A stretch of DNA of 64,000 nucleotides from Kudoa neothunni (taxonomy: Eukaryota > Animalia > Cnidaria): positions 3,142,147 to 3,206,146 of the forward strand of contig OZ199838.1 of assembly GCA_964304625.1 (NCBI GenBank). Reading direction: 5' to 3'. Within the stretch, counting starts at the first letter, position 1. The number at the start of each line of letters is the position of its first letter. Positions 11,540-25,094 of this stretch are shown in pieces. The position numbers were made by a program, and so were the translations under genes. Below the pieces are notes generated by a model, which saw only the letters and a list, made by a program, of their open reading frames with translations, was not told the origin of the DNA and ran no database searches.

Positions 11540-13255
11540 TATAAGTGTAATGTAGGTACTGTAACATTAATTAATTCTGAAAGGCTGAAAATATGTAATT
11601 TTTCCCATAAATAGCATCGAATCAACACCGCACTAGATTGTACGCACGTCGAGTAATTTATTTACTTGAACGATTCGGAAAATTTATCTTTTTGATTGTA
11701 TAAAATTTACGTTACCAACTATATACAGATATAGTTTTCTAGAATCTGAAATATTTTATCTATCTTCATCTCGATAATGGTAACAATGAGGCAACAACAA
11801 TAAATTAGATTCCAAAATACACGAAGAGGATTAAAGTTGACCGCCCAACCAAACAATAGCTTTAAAAAGTAAATTTGACTGAATTACCCACATTATATAT
11901 TAAGTAACTATAAAGTAAATGTCAGTTATTGGTAGATTTCTTATTTGAAGTACAATTTTGCAAATAAATAACCCCACAACCATCGTCATTTTTAAATAAA
12001 TTATCAATAAATATAAAATGATATAGACCTTTTTTATTTTTGGTTGTTTTGTCAAAATTAATTTATTTTTATCTGTTTTATTTACTTGCTGATTTTTTTC
12101 ACGATACAGTTTATTATATAAACTAAGAAATTTAGAAAAATTTGTTTATAAAAAAAACACACTTGCATTTTTTTATAATATTTTATTAATATACTTTTAT
12201 CGTAAGAAATAAAGTTGTGAAAAAAATTTATAAACTAAATAAATACTTCCTCTTTAAAACAAGAAAAAATTATTTTCACAATTAAAATTTTATCACTGGA
12301 TAATGCGTGATATTCTAAAAACAAGATACATTCTCTAACGGTTGTGCCTCAATAATAACCAAAATAAGGATAACAGAAAACACAATTGAATAAAATAACA
12401 AAACCTCGATTGATTACGTTAGATTTTTAAAAAGTTAACAAATTCCTTTAATATTAAGAAAGTTTGTCCTATGAATCTTATAAAAAAGCATATTCCTGTC
12501 ATTAATTATCTTCTTTGGTGTATATAATTTAAATTTTTTTTATCAATACTAAAAATTAAAAAACTTGATTTTAGTTAAATTATTACGAAATGAAAAATAT
12601 AGATTCTACACAAAATTCGGATTTCGCATGGCATAGCGCGTGTCTTCGTTAAAACTCGCCAGTCTACTTCACATTCGATCTGTATCGTAGAATTATAAAA
12701 TTCCATGTGTAACTTAAATTTTGTGACCGTCTTAAGTAAAATTTATTATCATTTTAATTAAAAAAGAAAAATAATGGTAGAATGAAAGGAGTAGAATTTT
12801 AAGGTTGTTTGAATTATGCTTGATGTTTTCCCATTTATGATGTAAATCATGGGACCTGTATCACAGATACGGTTGGTTTATTTTATATATACTTATAATT
12901 GGCTAATTAACTTATAAAATTATCTAATAAAAAATATTTTAAGAAACTAATTCCTACCTTGAGAAGATATGCGAGTTTTAGTTAAGTAAAAAACACAATC
13001 GTTGACTCAACGTTATATATATATATAATAATGTGAGAGGAAAAATTTATTAATTTAATAAATAATATTTGTTAAATATTGCTCAAATTTTGTGTCAGAT
13101 ATATTCTCTAACAAGATGATCCAACGAAATCTCCATGAAATGTGATCTATATCCAACCAAACCGGCAGTTTATCACAGGGTATTGAATTTCAACCCTTCC
13201 CAAGTGTATCTTTAATTATCAAACATAAACAAAATAATACAATTTGAATATTTAG

Positions 13256-14121
13256 ACAACCATGCAAACACTGAAAAGAGTATTCAAAAAGAAATCAACC
13301 AAACCTCAAATCAGCAAACAAATTCAAATGAATAATGAGCATATGAATATAGTGAATTAATTAACTACAGCTCATGACCCCATCTTTATGGCTAGATCGC
13401 TAAAGAAATTGAATTTGTCGAATTTGGTATAGAAAGAATAAACGACAAACTCACCGAACTTATAAACCAACTCCATGATAGCAGTTATGGACAAGCCGTA
13501 GGGCAAACTTTTTTAGCTATTGTGTATTTAACATCGTATATATTACAATAGAAAATGATGAAAATAAAGTTGTCCGCTCTGTTCAGACAGAAAATTATGT
13601 TTATATTATTATTTAATGTTCTTAACTCGTTTAAATTACGATTAGAAAGGAAAAACGTTTGGAAATGCTTTATGAGAGACAAATCGCTCTTTTAGCCAAC
13701 ATAGAGTTGCAGAGAGATGCAAACAACAAAAAATTAGACATTGTAAACTTGGAAAAATTAAATCCCACTTATCTAATATAATTTGATGAATAGATCAACG
13801 TGAAAACTTCAAAAAATTCGTCCCAATGTAGTTCGAACACGTCAAAACACATTCAACATCAGATAGATCTTGAACAAGTTAAACAACCTAATTTTGCCCA
13901 TTAATTAATTTTTTAGAGTATGTTGTCACATATAATGAATGTGAGTGAGATAACTACATCTTGCCAAGCGAATTCATCAGATTTCGCATCTATATCTGAG
14001 AATAGAGATCTCGAGGAATTTATGTAATTTTTTTGGACATTAACTAAATTTGTTAAACTCATGTTCTAGAAATCGATCGATTGAAGATTTGAATAGGTTG
14101 AAATTGGAATTGAACAAATAA
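13256..14121 (+). CDS. Orphan multi-exon gene; 3' exons clear, 5' end unresolved
   Basis: In-frame spliced exons KEKRLEMLYERQIALLANIELQRD..., INVKTSKNSSQ..., SMLSHIMNVSEI..., NRSIEDLNRLKLELNK* separated by ~45-50 nt GT-AG introns. Confidence 0.55.
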
Positions 14122-14366
14122 ATATTCTAGCATACATCGAATAATTTAATATTCCAATGTTATTGGATACATAATTACTATATTCTCTACGAAAAATTAA
14201 ATCTTTAATTAAACTATTATCGCCCGTATTTGTTATTACGAAAATTGTTATTCTTTATTTAAAACTAGAGATTCATGGACGAACAAATAAAAAGTATCTA
14301 TTATAAATTAATATTTTTGTCAAAAATATGGTTCGTCGAGTAAATTCGTTTTTGAAAAATAGAAAT

Positions 14367-17281
14367 TTAATTTTTATTCTTCCAATATCCAAAGTAGAAT
14401 CCTGCACCAAGAATAACGATCAATGCTGGAACAACCACAGCAACAATTCTATAATAAATAATTAATGTAATACATTTTCAATTAGATACATTGTATTGTT
14501 CGACCTAAAATAAATTTAAAAAATATCCCACTATACAATTTTACGTTGATTTGTTTGATTTTTCACCTAAATAAATAATTTAAGATTATTTAACAATAAT
14601 TTAACAATTGCCTTGTTTGATTTCGACCGAACCAGAAATATTGTCATCTGTGCTGTGAAATAGAACCAAGCGGTAATTGGTTATGTCCTCAACATTTTCT
14701 ATTGTGAATTCCTTGCAAGATGGAAACACGGAACAACCTTCAGCGCCAATAACCATGCATTTTTTTAACAATCGGCTTAGAAAGATCTGTCCAATCTCTT
14801 AATTCCCATTTGCATAACGAAGTTTCTTCTACACCACTGGGAAGAGTAGTTTTCACATGTAAAGTTTTTTTCGTCTCGTGTAATCACCGAAATTAACTGT
14901 TTGGTAATATCTGCAGTAGCCGTAGGTATCGGATCTAAATAACAAATTAATATCAACTATAAATATTGCAAACTTATTTGATAATAAAGTATAATATTTC
15001 ATTTTAAAAGTGGTGAATTTATTACATTTGGGTATGTCAATAGAAGTTTCCACAGACCTGCCAACAGCCGTCACTAAAACTTGATATTCTTTTTCTGCCT
15101 CGTATACTTCATGGAATACAATATCTGTGCATAAGGGCAGTCGAATGCATGGAGGAATCGTGGTGTTTGTTTTAGAAGATGTTTTATCCTTTGGCTGTTG
15201 TCCCTCAGCTGATCTAGCTATTAGTATTTTAGATACCGATTTATTGGAGGAATTCCTTTTGTTTGTTAAAGGAGATGCCGCTGGGCATTGATATATTAAG
15301 TGGAATTCTTCCCCTTTCTTTACCTTCACTTTATAATGACAAACTGCTGTAGGATCTGGAGTTGACAATGCGCCTGTCAATTTGAAGCCTTTGTCCAGAA
15401 ATTGCAACTCGAGTGTAAGTGTTGACATTGCTAGGAATAAATTTATTTATTTTTTATGTCAAATATTTCGCTACCGGTTTTTATTTGATGCACTTTTGAT
15501 CCATATTCTTTATGTGCGACAACCTTTAGATCATATTCAGTTCCAGGAGTCAAACCTAAGATATTTTGAGTATCTTTACAATAACCTCTGCATGGATAAC
15601 TATTCTGACACATCGCACACACATAAACATCCTTCCCACGAGGGCTTATGTAATAGGCACAAGTGTGGTCCCCTTTTACACGTTCCCCAGTACCATCTAC
15701 TGCCTTTATTGATGCAGTTGTTTCCGTTGTTGCTGGTTTTGTTCCCGAAAAGGAAAATTCTGCACTTTCTTCTATTTATAAATTTTCTGAAAGAATAGAT
15801 TACATAAATAATATACCTGTACGAATAAATATATGTTCCTTAAAATGTTGGGGTATATTATGTTGATTGGGTGCCGCGATTTCAAGAATATATGGTTTAC
15901 CACTACTGAGATTTTTGATTGTTAAAGCAGTGGGGCAGCCTGTGTCACATGTTGCTTGGTCGTTATCATTACATTTCGCGCCTACGGAAGTAGCAGGAAC
16001 GGGTATATCTGCTTCATAATAAGTTACAGTACAAGTTTCAAATTTCGTATTTTCATTTGGCTTAAACAAACTGGCATTTAAGGTTACCCCAGTAGAGGTA
16101 TAATCTGACAATAAGGTTCCACCAGCAGCAGTAGTTTCTGTGACAACTATGAAATGATTAATAAAGATGTAATTTACATCAACTACCAAATTTATCCTGA
16201 ATGTATCCAAAATAGTTGGTGCCACTTTTTGCTAATGGCACATATCTTGTTTGAATCAATATTTGAACAACCGACTTGGAACGTTCAAAAACTAGCTCCA
16301 CATTATTACATGGTGCGTAACAATCTTTTCCAGCCGAACCACAGTTCGATTTATAATCGTTTGTGCTTTCGTTTGTAATTGCTGTTGTGTGGTCTCTTAT
16401 ACTGAAGCGGCACATTTCGAATGGGAATTTATTTGTGAATTTTAATAAATATTTATCTTTTTCAGTGGAGCTATAGGTCACATAATATTGGGGTTTATAA
16501 ACATCAGTTTTCAATAATGTGTATTTATTTTGAAGTTTGTAAAAGAAACTGGGATAGTTATCACATCTCATTTCATAGTGTGGAATCATTAAATCAAACT
16601 CGACATCATTTGCAGTATTTGGTTGGACACAATCCTGTGCAACTGTTCCTTCTTCATATTGCACATTCTTGTAAAATATAGGACATTTAACTGGTTTACA
16701 TGTAATTGTGCTCAATTTCAATTTTTGCTCACTTGTGGTTATTGTAACTTGCGGATTCACCAATAATGCTAAACAAAATATAGCAACCGTTTAGTATCAT
16801 TTATTTACGCATTTCCAGCCCAAATACAGCCCCACCTTGATTCTTCCCTTTGGCTACATCAACTGTATCACCAGTAAAAATAGCGACATATTTGGTTCTT
16901 GGAGAAAACTTGTCAAACTCTAATTTATTGCCTTCTCGGACGCAAGTCCTAACACATTTGTCAGAAGCTCCTGTCTGATCATCAGTGGGACATGCATTAA
17001 TATCTGTCAATTCATTATCTTGATCATTCGATTTTTTAATATAGCATTTTGTTGACCCAGAATAGTCACCGCCACTTAATATTAAATTAACTTTTAATTT
17101 ATCTTGATCTTTCACTAGCTTATAAGTCAGTGAGTTTGTGTTGGTAGAAGGAGTTCTTTGCTCTTCTTGTGTATAGATGAGAGTTAAGTGAGCTATTTGA
17201 TATTTGTAACAATACTCCAAGATATTTTTATTTACAATGAAAGACAATATAAATTCCTAGGACGGGGACCAAACTTTTCAT
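14367..17281 (-). CDS. Type I membrane protein with signal peptide, ~6 Cys-containing FN3-like repeats, TM helix and 4-residue cytoplasmic tail; two apparent +1 frameshifts in A7 runs
   Basis: MKSLVPVLGIYIVFHSHLTLIY signal-like start; FN3 E-F strand signatures FSPRTKYVAIF, NLSSGKPYILEIAA, GLTPGTEYDLKVVA, AEKEYQVLVTAV; phase-1 introns between repeats; two micro-exons then IIVAVVVPALIVILGAGFYFGYWKNKN*. Confidence 0.75.
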
Positions 17282-19876
17282 TTTCTTGTTTGTAAAATAA
17301 ATAATCGATAACTGTCGTTCTATATAAAAACAAAAATTCTATTGGTTTACAATTTACGTATAAAGGATTATAAACTCGGCGTATAACCTATTTAATTATT
17401 AATATAAATAATATAGGATTAATATTTGAAGAAAATTTAATAATTATATATTAATTTGTATTTCTGTACTTACTAGGGAAAAGTAGGTGAAATTCGATTT
17501 TTGAAATACTGAAAGTATGCAAGGATCTAGGTAGAGTTCATATAATGAAACTGTATTTAACCAACTTTAATAATGCTTTTGGTTCTTTAAAGACAATAAA
17601 GACAATTTAAATTTTTCTTAGATATTATTTAATTTACGAGTGTATGTATAAATCAAAAATTATGTTATATTTGATTTCACCTGAATAATTTCCATTCTAA
17701 ATTTTCTCTATATTTCTTGAACCAAACCTAATTATAGACTAATTAGAAATACACAACGCTTTTAAAGACTGAAAAATATTTAATTAAAAATTTTGGCTTT
17801 AAGAATGAATTATAATCGTAAATTAATAGATTTTACTAAAAACTTGAAGTCATAGATGCATTTGTATGATTAATTAAAGTATCTGATGAACAATTTAAAA
17901 TTCGTAAATAACACTAAAACATACCTTTTGTAAAATAATTCTTTGTATTCTTTTAGAAATGAAACTTGAAACTAAAGGGATGTACTGTTATTTATTGATG
18001 TTAATTTAGAAATATTAGGTATCATAATATTTTATAGATTTTTAAAAGAAAAATAATACATAAAAAAGTAATATAAAATAAATTACTTTTAACTTATTTA
18101 CATCGATATATAATTGATATGTAGTATGTTTACTGGGAAAAATTAACGAGGATGGAGGATCAAAAATGTTATACTCCTATGTGACTATCCAAAAGGTAAT
18201 GTAGATAAAGTTTTTTTATAGAAAACAATTTTTACTACCTCCATAGAAAACGGAATTAATCTTTTTTCCTTGGAGGCCCCTAATATGTTCAATGGACTTA
18301 TTACGAACCTCATCTTGTTTTAACGCATAATCCAATCGTACGTATAAATATTTAAAAACATTCGTTTCCGTTGTTTACCTTAGTGGATAAATAAAAAAAG
18401 ATTTTAAAATATATACTAAAAATTTGTAATTACTAAGAAATGGATTATTTTGATATTGAAAAACAAAATTAACAACTATGAAATTTTTCCCACTATTTTT
18501 TTAGAAAGTAATAAAACTCTCACCAAGTATAAACAAAGACACAAAACATTTTAAAATGAAAAATTAGATGAAATTTGTTGAATTATTAAATATACATATT
18601 TAATAATAAAATACATAAAAAATTCTCTAATAACTAAAAATATTCGAACTATAAAAAATATCTATTTTTGTTAAATATTGATTATTAAAATGAAGAGTTT
18701 ACAAAGGTGGAATTATTATGTAATATAAGGCGAGATTAATACAATAAACGTAATTTTCCATAAATAATAAACACTAAAGTAATATTTAACGAGATTTTTC
18801 TAGTTGGTTTTTATCATTAAGTTCACAGAGTTTTGACAAAGTATTTGAAAGAGCGGCACGTATATAAGCGATTTTGAGGCTTTGCTTTTATTCTAAACAG
18901 CATGGAAAGTTAACTTCGCATTAATATACGGTTGTAAAAGGAGTAATAATTCTAATTACATAGTCTGCACATTAAGAAACAGTTCCTGGAAATTTTTGGT
19001 CATTCTAAAATAAACTACTGAATAACTTTCGGTTTTATAGATTTTTTTCAAAATAAATTCTAACACGTGGAAATTTTATAATAAATATAAAATGTTTAAA
19101 GAAAAAATTACGCTAACGTTAGAAAATACTTAATTATAATGAATTTATTACGATAAAATTGGATTTTTTATCCGATCCCCACTAAAATATCTCCTTGTCT
19201 TATTCCGGAGGTAGGCCTTTATTAAATACAGCCTCAAAAACCACACTAGGCATTATTTTAGAGGAAACTAAGTACTGCCCGATATGACACATTTTAACAA
19301 TAATATTCATTTTTTTACTACACTAATATGTCCAAGTGTGTTTACTCAAAAAGATCGCATAAACGGTTGATTTAATCAAATTTAAACATCATTGCCTAGC
19401 CAATAATGCGGCTTTAAATCTTAAGAATAAATGAGAAATCGTTCAAATTTTAACTTAGTTTTACTATTTTTGTCTGATCTATTTTAACTTAATCGAGTTT
19501 AGAAGAACTCGAAATTTATTAGAATAAATTTTTCGTAGAGTACGACATATACTCTGAGTCAACACGTTATACAGGAGTAACTTTTTTCGCACGTAATACG
19601 CGAAAGATCCAAACCAAAATTGGTGAGGATAAAAGATTGTTAATTAAATCAATATAAACAAACAGAAATTTATTAATTATTTGATCAAAGAAAAACACAA
19701 TCACCTACTTATAAATTAAATGTACATTAGAACAGTTTCCAATGTTCGCAGATGATAATATAATAAGTGGCAATTATTTTCGAAAAAAGAAATAAATATC
19801 AAGAATATCTATGGGATTATTACAAAACAGTTAGTTAATTAGCAAGAAAATAGCTAGAGAGACGAGGCGATAATGA

Positions 19877-22012
19877 CTACGACAAAACTTTGGTTTCATT
19901 CACGAAGTATTCTTGGGATTTTCCAAATTGAAGATAGTCAGGCTTAGTGGCGGCAACATATTCATCGATCAAATTTTGAACTGTTTCTCTACACATAAGG
20001 CGAATGAGTTTTATTTAAACTTAAGCTAGACAGATCGTATAAGTTTAAATAAACCTTGAATCATCCATTTCAGAGAGGTCATTTTTGAAAATATCTTGTT
20101 GTTTGTAGGTTTCCAGAAAAGCTCCTCTTTTTTTGAGACAGTCATAAAGTTGGCATGTACGCTCAAACACCTAAATTAATAAGTAGATAGCAACATAATT
20201 GACCACCATTATCGTGATTACAGAAACAATGCTGGTGTGATTGGCAAGCATGAGACCGCTCACACGATTAGAATATTGAAGATAGGGTGATCTTCTAGAG
20301 AGCGCCACCTGCATCAAATCAATCCAGATGATTCATCCAACGTTCACACATTCAAATTACTTGAATCGATGCCGGCCCCCATGGTATAAACTCGGCAAGT
20401 TTACGTTCTCGAATTCGCTGTAAACTTTTATGCACCTATTCGATTATAATTGTTAATTTGGTGAATCGCACGATACTTGTGTTGGATCAACTTCGCCTTG
20501 AATTATATTCAAAATAGAAATATAACAATGATTATATTTTTTATTGCGTTGAGCAGCAACCATCATATTTTTAGGCTAGATTCAAATTAAATTATGTGGT
20601 GTGAGTGAAGTTGGTGTTATCACCTGTAAAAGTCTCCTCATTACATCTAGAACCGAAGTTTTTCTAATACTTGAAGTCTTAAAAAATAATTGAACTAAAT
20701 TGAAAAATAAGGTCCAAAACGCACCTGATTTTCCGCAGTCAGAGGAGTGTATCCAGTCATAAGGAAATGCAGCTGAGGAGTTGGAATCAATGAGGCAATC
20801 AATCCAATCAAATCATTATTCATATAACCTATTTTGACGGAAAAGATTAATGTGAGGCTTACCACAAACATCCAGTTTAATTACCAGGGTATCTAAGTGT
20901 GGTTGTGGTGGCAGCCATAATAGTTGAGACAAGCGAATTCACCTGAGCGAAGGTGGGAGTTTGAATGTGTAGTCTTTCGGCGGCAATTCGTTCCAGAGCA
21001 ATATTGTCAAGCACATTCTGGGGGAAAATTGCGATCAATACAACAAAATCTGTACACATAAACTACCACACTATCAGCATAGTTGACCAATCTTTTCAGC
21101 GAGAGAACCGAATTGTAGGGTTGAACAACCACATCACTTATGATATCCTAATAGAATATGATATTATTCTGTGGAATTATCGATCCAAAAGAAGCATTCT
21201 CATACTTGTTGGGGAAACACCGAATAGGTTTGTATGAGTTTTTTTGGATATCTATCGTGGATATTTTCTAGCAGGTACGATCCCAATCCGGAACCAGTTC
21301 CGCCAGCAATTGAGTGAGTAAGCACAAATCCCTTTTTTATTCCCAAATTATTTCTCATTAAGATAAATCGTAAAAATCCCACCTCTAAACTATCGCTGTT
21401 ATCCGCCTCTCGATCAATTATATCAAAAATTTCCTCGTTCAGCCGTTCCCCCTATGACAACAAATCCGATACTATCTTAAAACTAAAATAATGCAACAAT
21501 CACGTCATGATAACCTTTGGCCCAATTATTCCCAGCACCTGAACCATCTTTTGCCACAAACACATTTTCGTTGTTGTACAATTTGGAGTAGTCCGAATTC
21601 ATGATGTGATTGATAACCTACAATAAAAATCAACGAATCGATAGTAGAAAAAGATAATAACTCTTGGTTCTAAATCGATCAGAATCGCCCTTGGTATGTA
21701 ATGCTCGTCATCAGCCTAATAGCAGTAGAAAACCTTGATCTAAACCAACTGTAGATACCTGATAAAAAAATACGTCCTTTCTATCGTAGCCATCTGTTGC
21801 GAACTCCTCCAGAATTCCATCTATACGTTTAAAAGTGGTTAATTTGATGTGATAATGGATCCACAAAAAACCTGGACGAATTCCATGCTCGGCACACAGT
21901 TGTTTCCAAAATTCCATACCAACTAAACAAATAATATTTAATTTCTCCACAACAATCAAATACTTTGGTTTCCACATTGGCCAGTTTGTATAGTAATAAT
22001 TTCTCTAGGCAT
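19877..22012 (-). CDS. TUBG1: Gamma-tubulin, 16 exons
   Basis: Full spliced ORF: [86 protein letters not shown]; 15 GT-AG introns of ~41-66 nt. Confidence 0.98.
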
Positions 22013-22490
22013 CAGTGACGATATTTAATCAATTTTTGAGCTGGGCATGCGCGGAACAAAAATATTTGACGAATAAACCTTGGAAATTAGAAGCGCCATC
22101 GGAGGAACGCATTCAAATATATTGTTGATTAGTTCATGTGTAAATCATTTTTAATTATAGTAATTTTTTAATTCGAAATCTACTTATGTTAACCCATTTT
22201 TCGAAAAAATCAATTATCAAACTTAATCCTATACATAAAAAATTATAAACTATGCAATTTAGATTTGATATAATTTTTATGAAATTATATTATTTTAAGT
22301 AGTGATATCATAAAATAAAATTATAGAGATGTTTGGTAAAAACGTTATTAAAAATTTATTCTAATTTAACAACTATGTTGATTACTCTAGTTTTACAGAT
22401 TTTTATTATTTTTTATTAAAATTGTTGGTGTTGGCATATTTAACCTCGAAAAGCATAATCATTGGATATTTGCGCGCCTATTTTATATTA

Positions 22491-23135
22491 TAGTCGAACC
22501 TCGATTATCCGGAGGAAATTTTAAATTTTATTTGGATTTTATCGACATTACTTAACAATAAATATTCGATTATCCGTAAACTGGGAGAACTATTTAATCA
22601 TATTTCCGGATAAATGTAGCACCTATCACCACCGTACGGCATATACAATTTAGCATATATACTAATGCAACATTTAAAACAAAAATATTTCTAGGTTATT
22701 TATTAATAAATTCTCCTTTTAAAACTCAAGTTAAGCATTCAGTTCTTATATAAATTTGTATTATATCCGAATGAACACATGCCTGTACGTATATTAAACA
22801 AAAATTAATTATCAATTATTTACAAAAATAGGTTACTCCTCTGTGGATTGTGGATTGTGGATTGTAGACGTGTAAAAACTGCAATAATTATGTACTGTTT
22901 TTCCTTTAAGTCTCCATATTCTTAATTAATAGATATGTTAACATTTTTAATTTTACTTAGTAAATGGTAAAATTTGCTGATTGATCGAGTAAAGAATCTT
23001 TTAAGTATAAATTAAAAAATACGCGAACAAGACAAAGTTTATGTTCGATTAACCGTAATCTATCTATCTATTGCTATCGCTATCCAGATAGAAAATCGCC
23101 GGTCTCAAATTTTCCGGATAATCGAGGCTTGACTG
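22491..23135. mobile_element. pogo/Tigger-like MITE (~645 bp)
   Basis: TIRs TAGTCGAACCTCGATTATCCGGA / CAGTCAAGCCTCGATTATCCGGA, both flanked by TA; internal TTCGATTA(T/A)CCGTAA repeats. Confidence 0.85.
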
Positions 23136-23421
23136 TATTTCGATGTAAGTATGACACATTATAATTTTTAAGGGAATTAAGTGAAATTCTGACGAAAATA
23201 AACTAGATATAACATGTTTAACATCAAAATGTGTTAAGGAAATAATAAAAAGATAGTCTCATGGAGCCAAAGGTTTTTTATCTGCAGAAACTCTCTTTTA
23301 TAATTTAAGTATAAGGTTTTCAGAATCTGCCGGATTCAATTATTTTGGCCATTAGGAGCGAAACAAGAGCCTGAATATAATTAAATACCATTTAAAATAC
23401 ATTCACCTGGATATTATTTAA

Positions 23422-24410
23422 CCCTAGAAAGCTCAGTGCACCTCTTAGGTCCGAGTATAAATTGATCAAGTAAAGCCACCCAATTATAGTAAAGTATTTT
23501 TCTATTAATTATTTAACTAAAAATGAGAAATAATATTTTTTTGTAGTATTTAGCTATTTATTGAATCTTTTAATTCTTTATCAGAAATTAATATTAATCG
23601 GAAAGAAATAAAGCTCTAATATAGTTAAACTTTTTATTCAAATCATAGTATACGATATTGATAAGGGGACCCAAATAAACACGACGTAAACTTTGTAGTC
23701 GAGTGTTTAAAAAGGAGATTACGTTTTATGCATACAAGATTAGTTATTATCAAAATTTTTCGAGTAATAACGTAGACTACAAAAAATAATTTTTTAAAAC
23801 AATTAAAAATAATTTAATAAAAACCGCAGCTACGTATTATTTACGCAGTAAGGCCATAAAGCTGTTTCCATGGAATCATGGTCGTCATCCAACAACAGGC
23901 CATCATCTTTATCGCTCTACAACTTCTGTATATTATGATCATATTTATTTTTTGAAATATGTTTTAGAATGGAAGGTATCAAAGTCAAACGTGTTATTCC
24001 CAATCATTGCAAATTTCTTGGCGTATACAACTTAATCTACTTTTTAAACACTCGACAACCAACTTTACGTCGTGCTTATTTAGATCCCCTTATCAATATC
24101 GTATATTATAATTTGAAAAAATACTTTAAATATATTAAAGCTTTGTTTCTTTCAAATTATTACTAATTTATGATAAAGAATTAAAAGATCCGATGAATAG
24201 CTAAATATTACAAAAATCACTCTCCACGAATATTTATAGTTTATAGATTCCTGAAATTATTACAAAAAATATCATTTCTCATTTTTAGTTAAATAATTAA
24301 TAGAAAAATACTTCACTATAATTAGGTGACTTTATTTGATCAATTTATACTCGGGCCTAAAAGAGGTGTACTGAACCTTTGTGTAACTATTTTTGGTGAG
24401 CTTTCTAAGG
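23422..24410. mobile_element. TTAA-flanked piggyBac-like non-autonomous element with long (~170 bp) imperfect inverted repeats
   Basis: TTAA|CCCTAGAAAGCTCA ... TGAGCTTTCTAAGG|TTAA; 23435-23590 is an inverted match to 24165-24375. Confidence 0.85.
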
Positions 24411-25094
24411 TTAACAAACTAATAGATACTCCTTGTTTTAAATTGGATTTCAAGTATTTAAGTTACGCTTTATCGGTGAATAAAAATTGAAACACTTCAC
24501 TTCTCTAAATGTTAAATAATACTGCGAGATAATCAAAAGGCGGGAAAATCATATCAAATCCTATAAATTTTATTTTATGGACACCTTTCCATTTATTTTT
24601 TATCGATCCTTAAATTATTTTGTATGAGATCTGTTAAGGTAAAATTAAATTCGTGCTATTATAAACTTAAACTGAAAGTGACGATTAAATGAAAAATTCA
24701 GATATGGATGTTTGATTAAACACAAATAAAATTAGGGAAACCCCAAGTCTGTTCTAGTAGAGATTTGATGAAATTTCTATGGATAATATTGTCAGCCTAA
24801 TCTAAATTATAGCTATTATTTAGTTTAAAGAAAAATAATTTGTAGAAAAAGAAAAATAAGAATGATAATGCTCAGGCGTTATACATTACCCCGTTACCAG
24901 ATAACACGTCTGCAGTATATAAAATCATAAATATTACATATTGACTCAATCACACACAAAATTATTGAATAAAATGATAATTTAATATACGATTAATAAC
25001 TGTATTCGAACTTGCAACAGAAATCTATGTTATCCCCCTTAAAAAATAACGAATGTAAACTCATATAAAAAAAGAATTTTTAATGATTAAAAGA

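Noticed and set aside
14567-14612. Possible GC-AG intron in the FN3-like gene
   Set aside because: A canonical GT donor 6 nt further on gives the same phase and a 39-nt intron
17300-19800. Long AT-rich interval between the FN3-like gene and gamma-tubulin
   Set aside because: No spliceable ORF, paired TIRs or repeat structure that I could support
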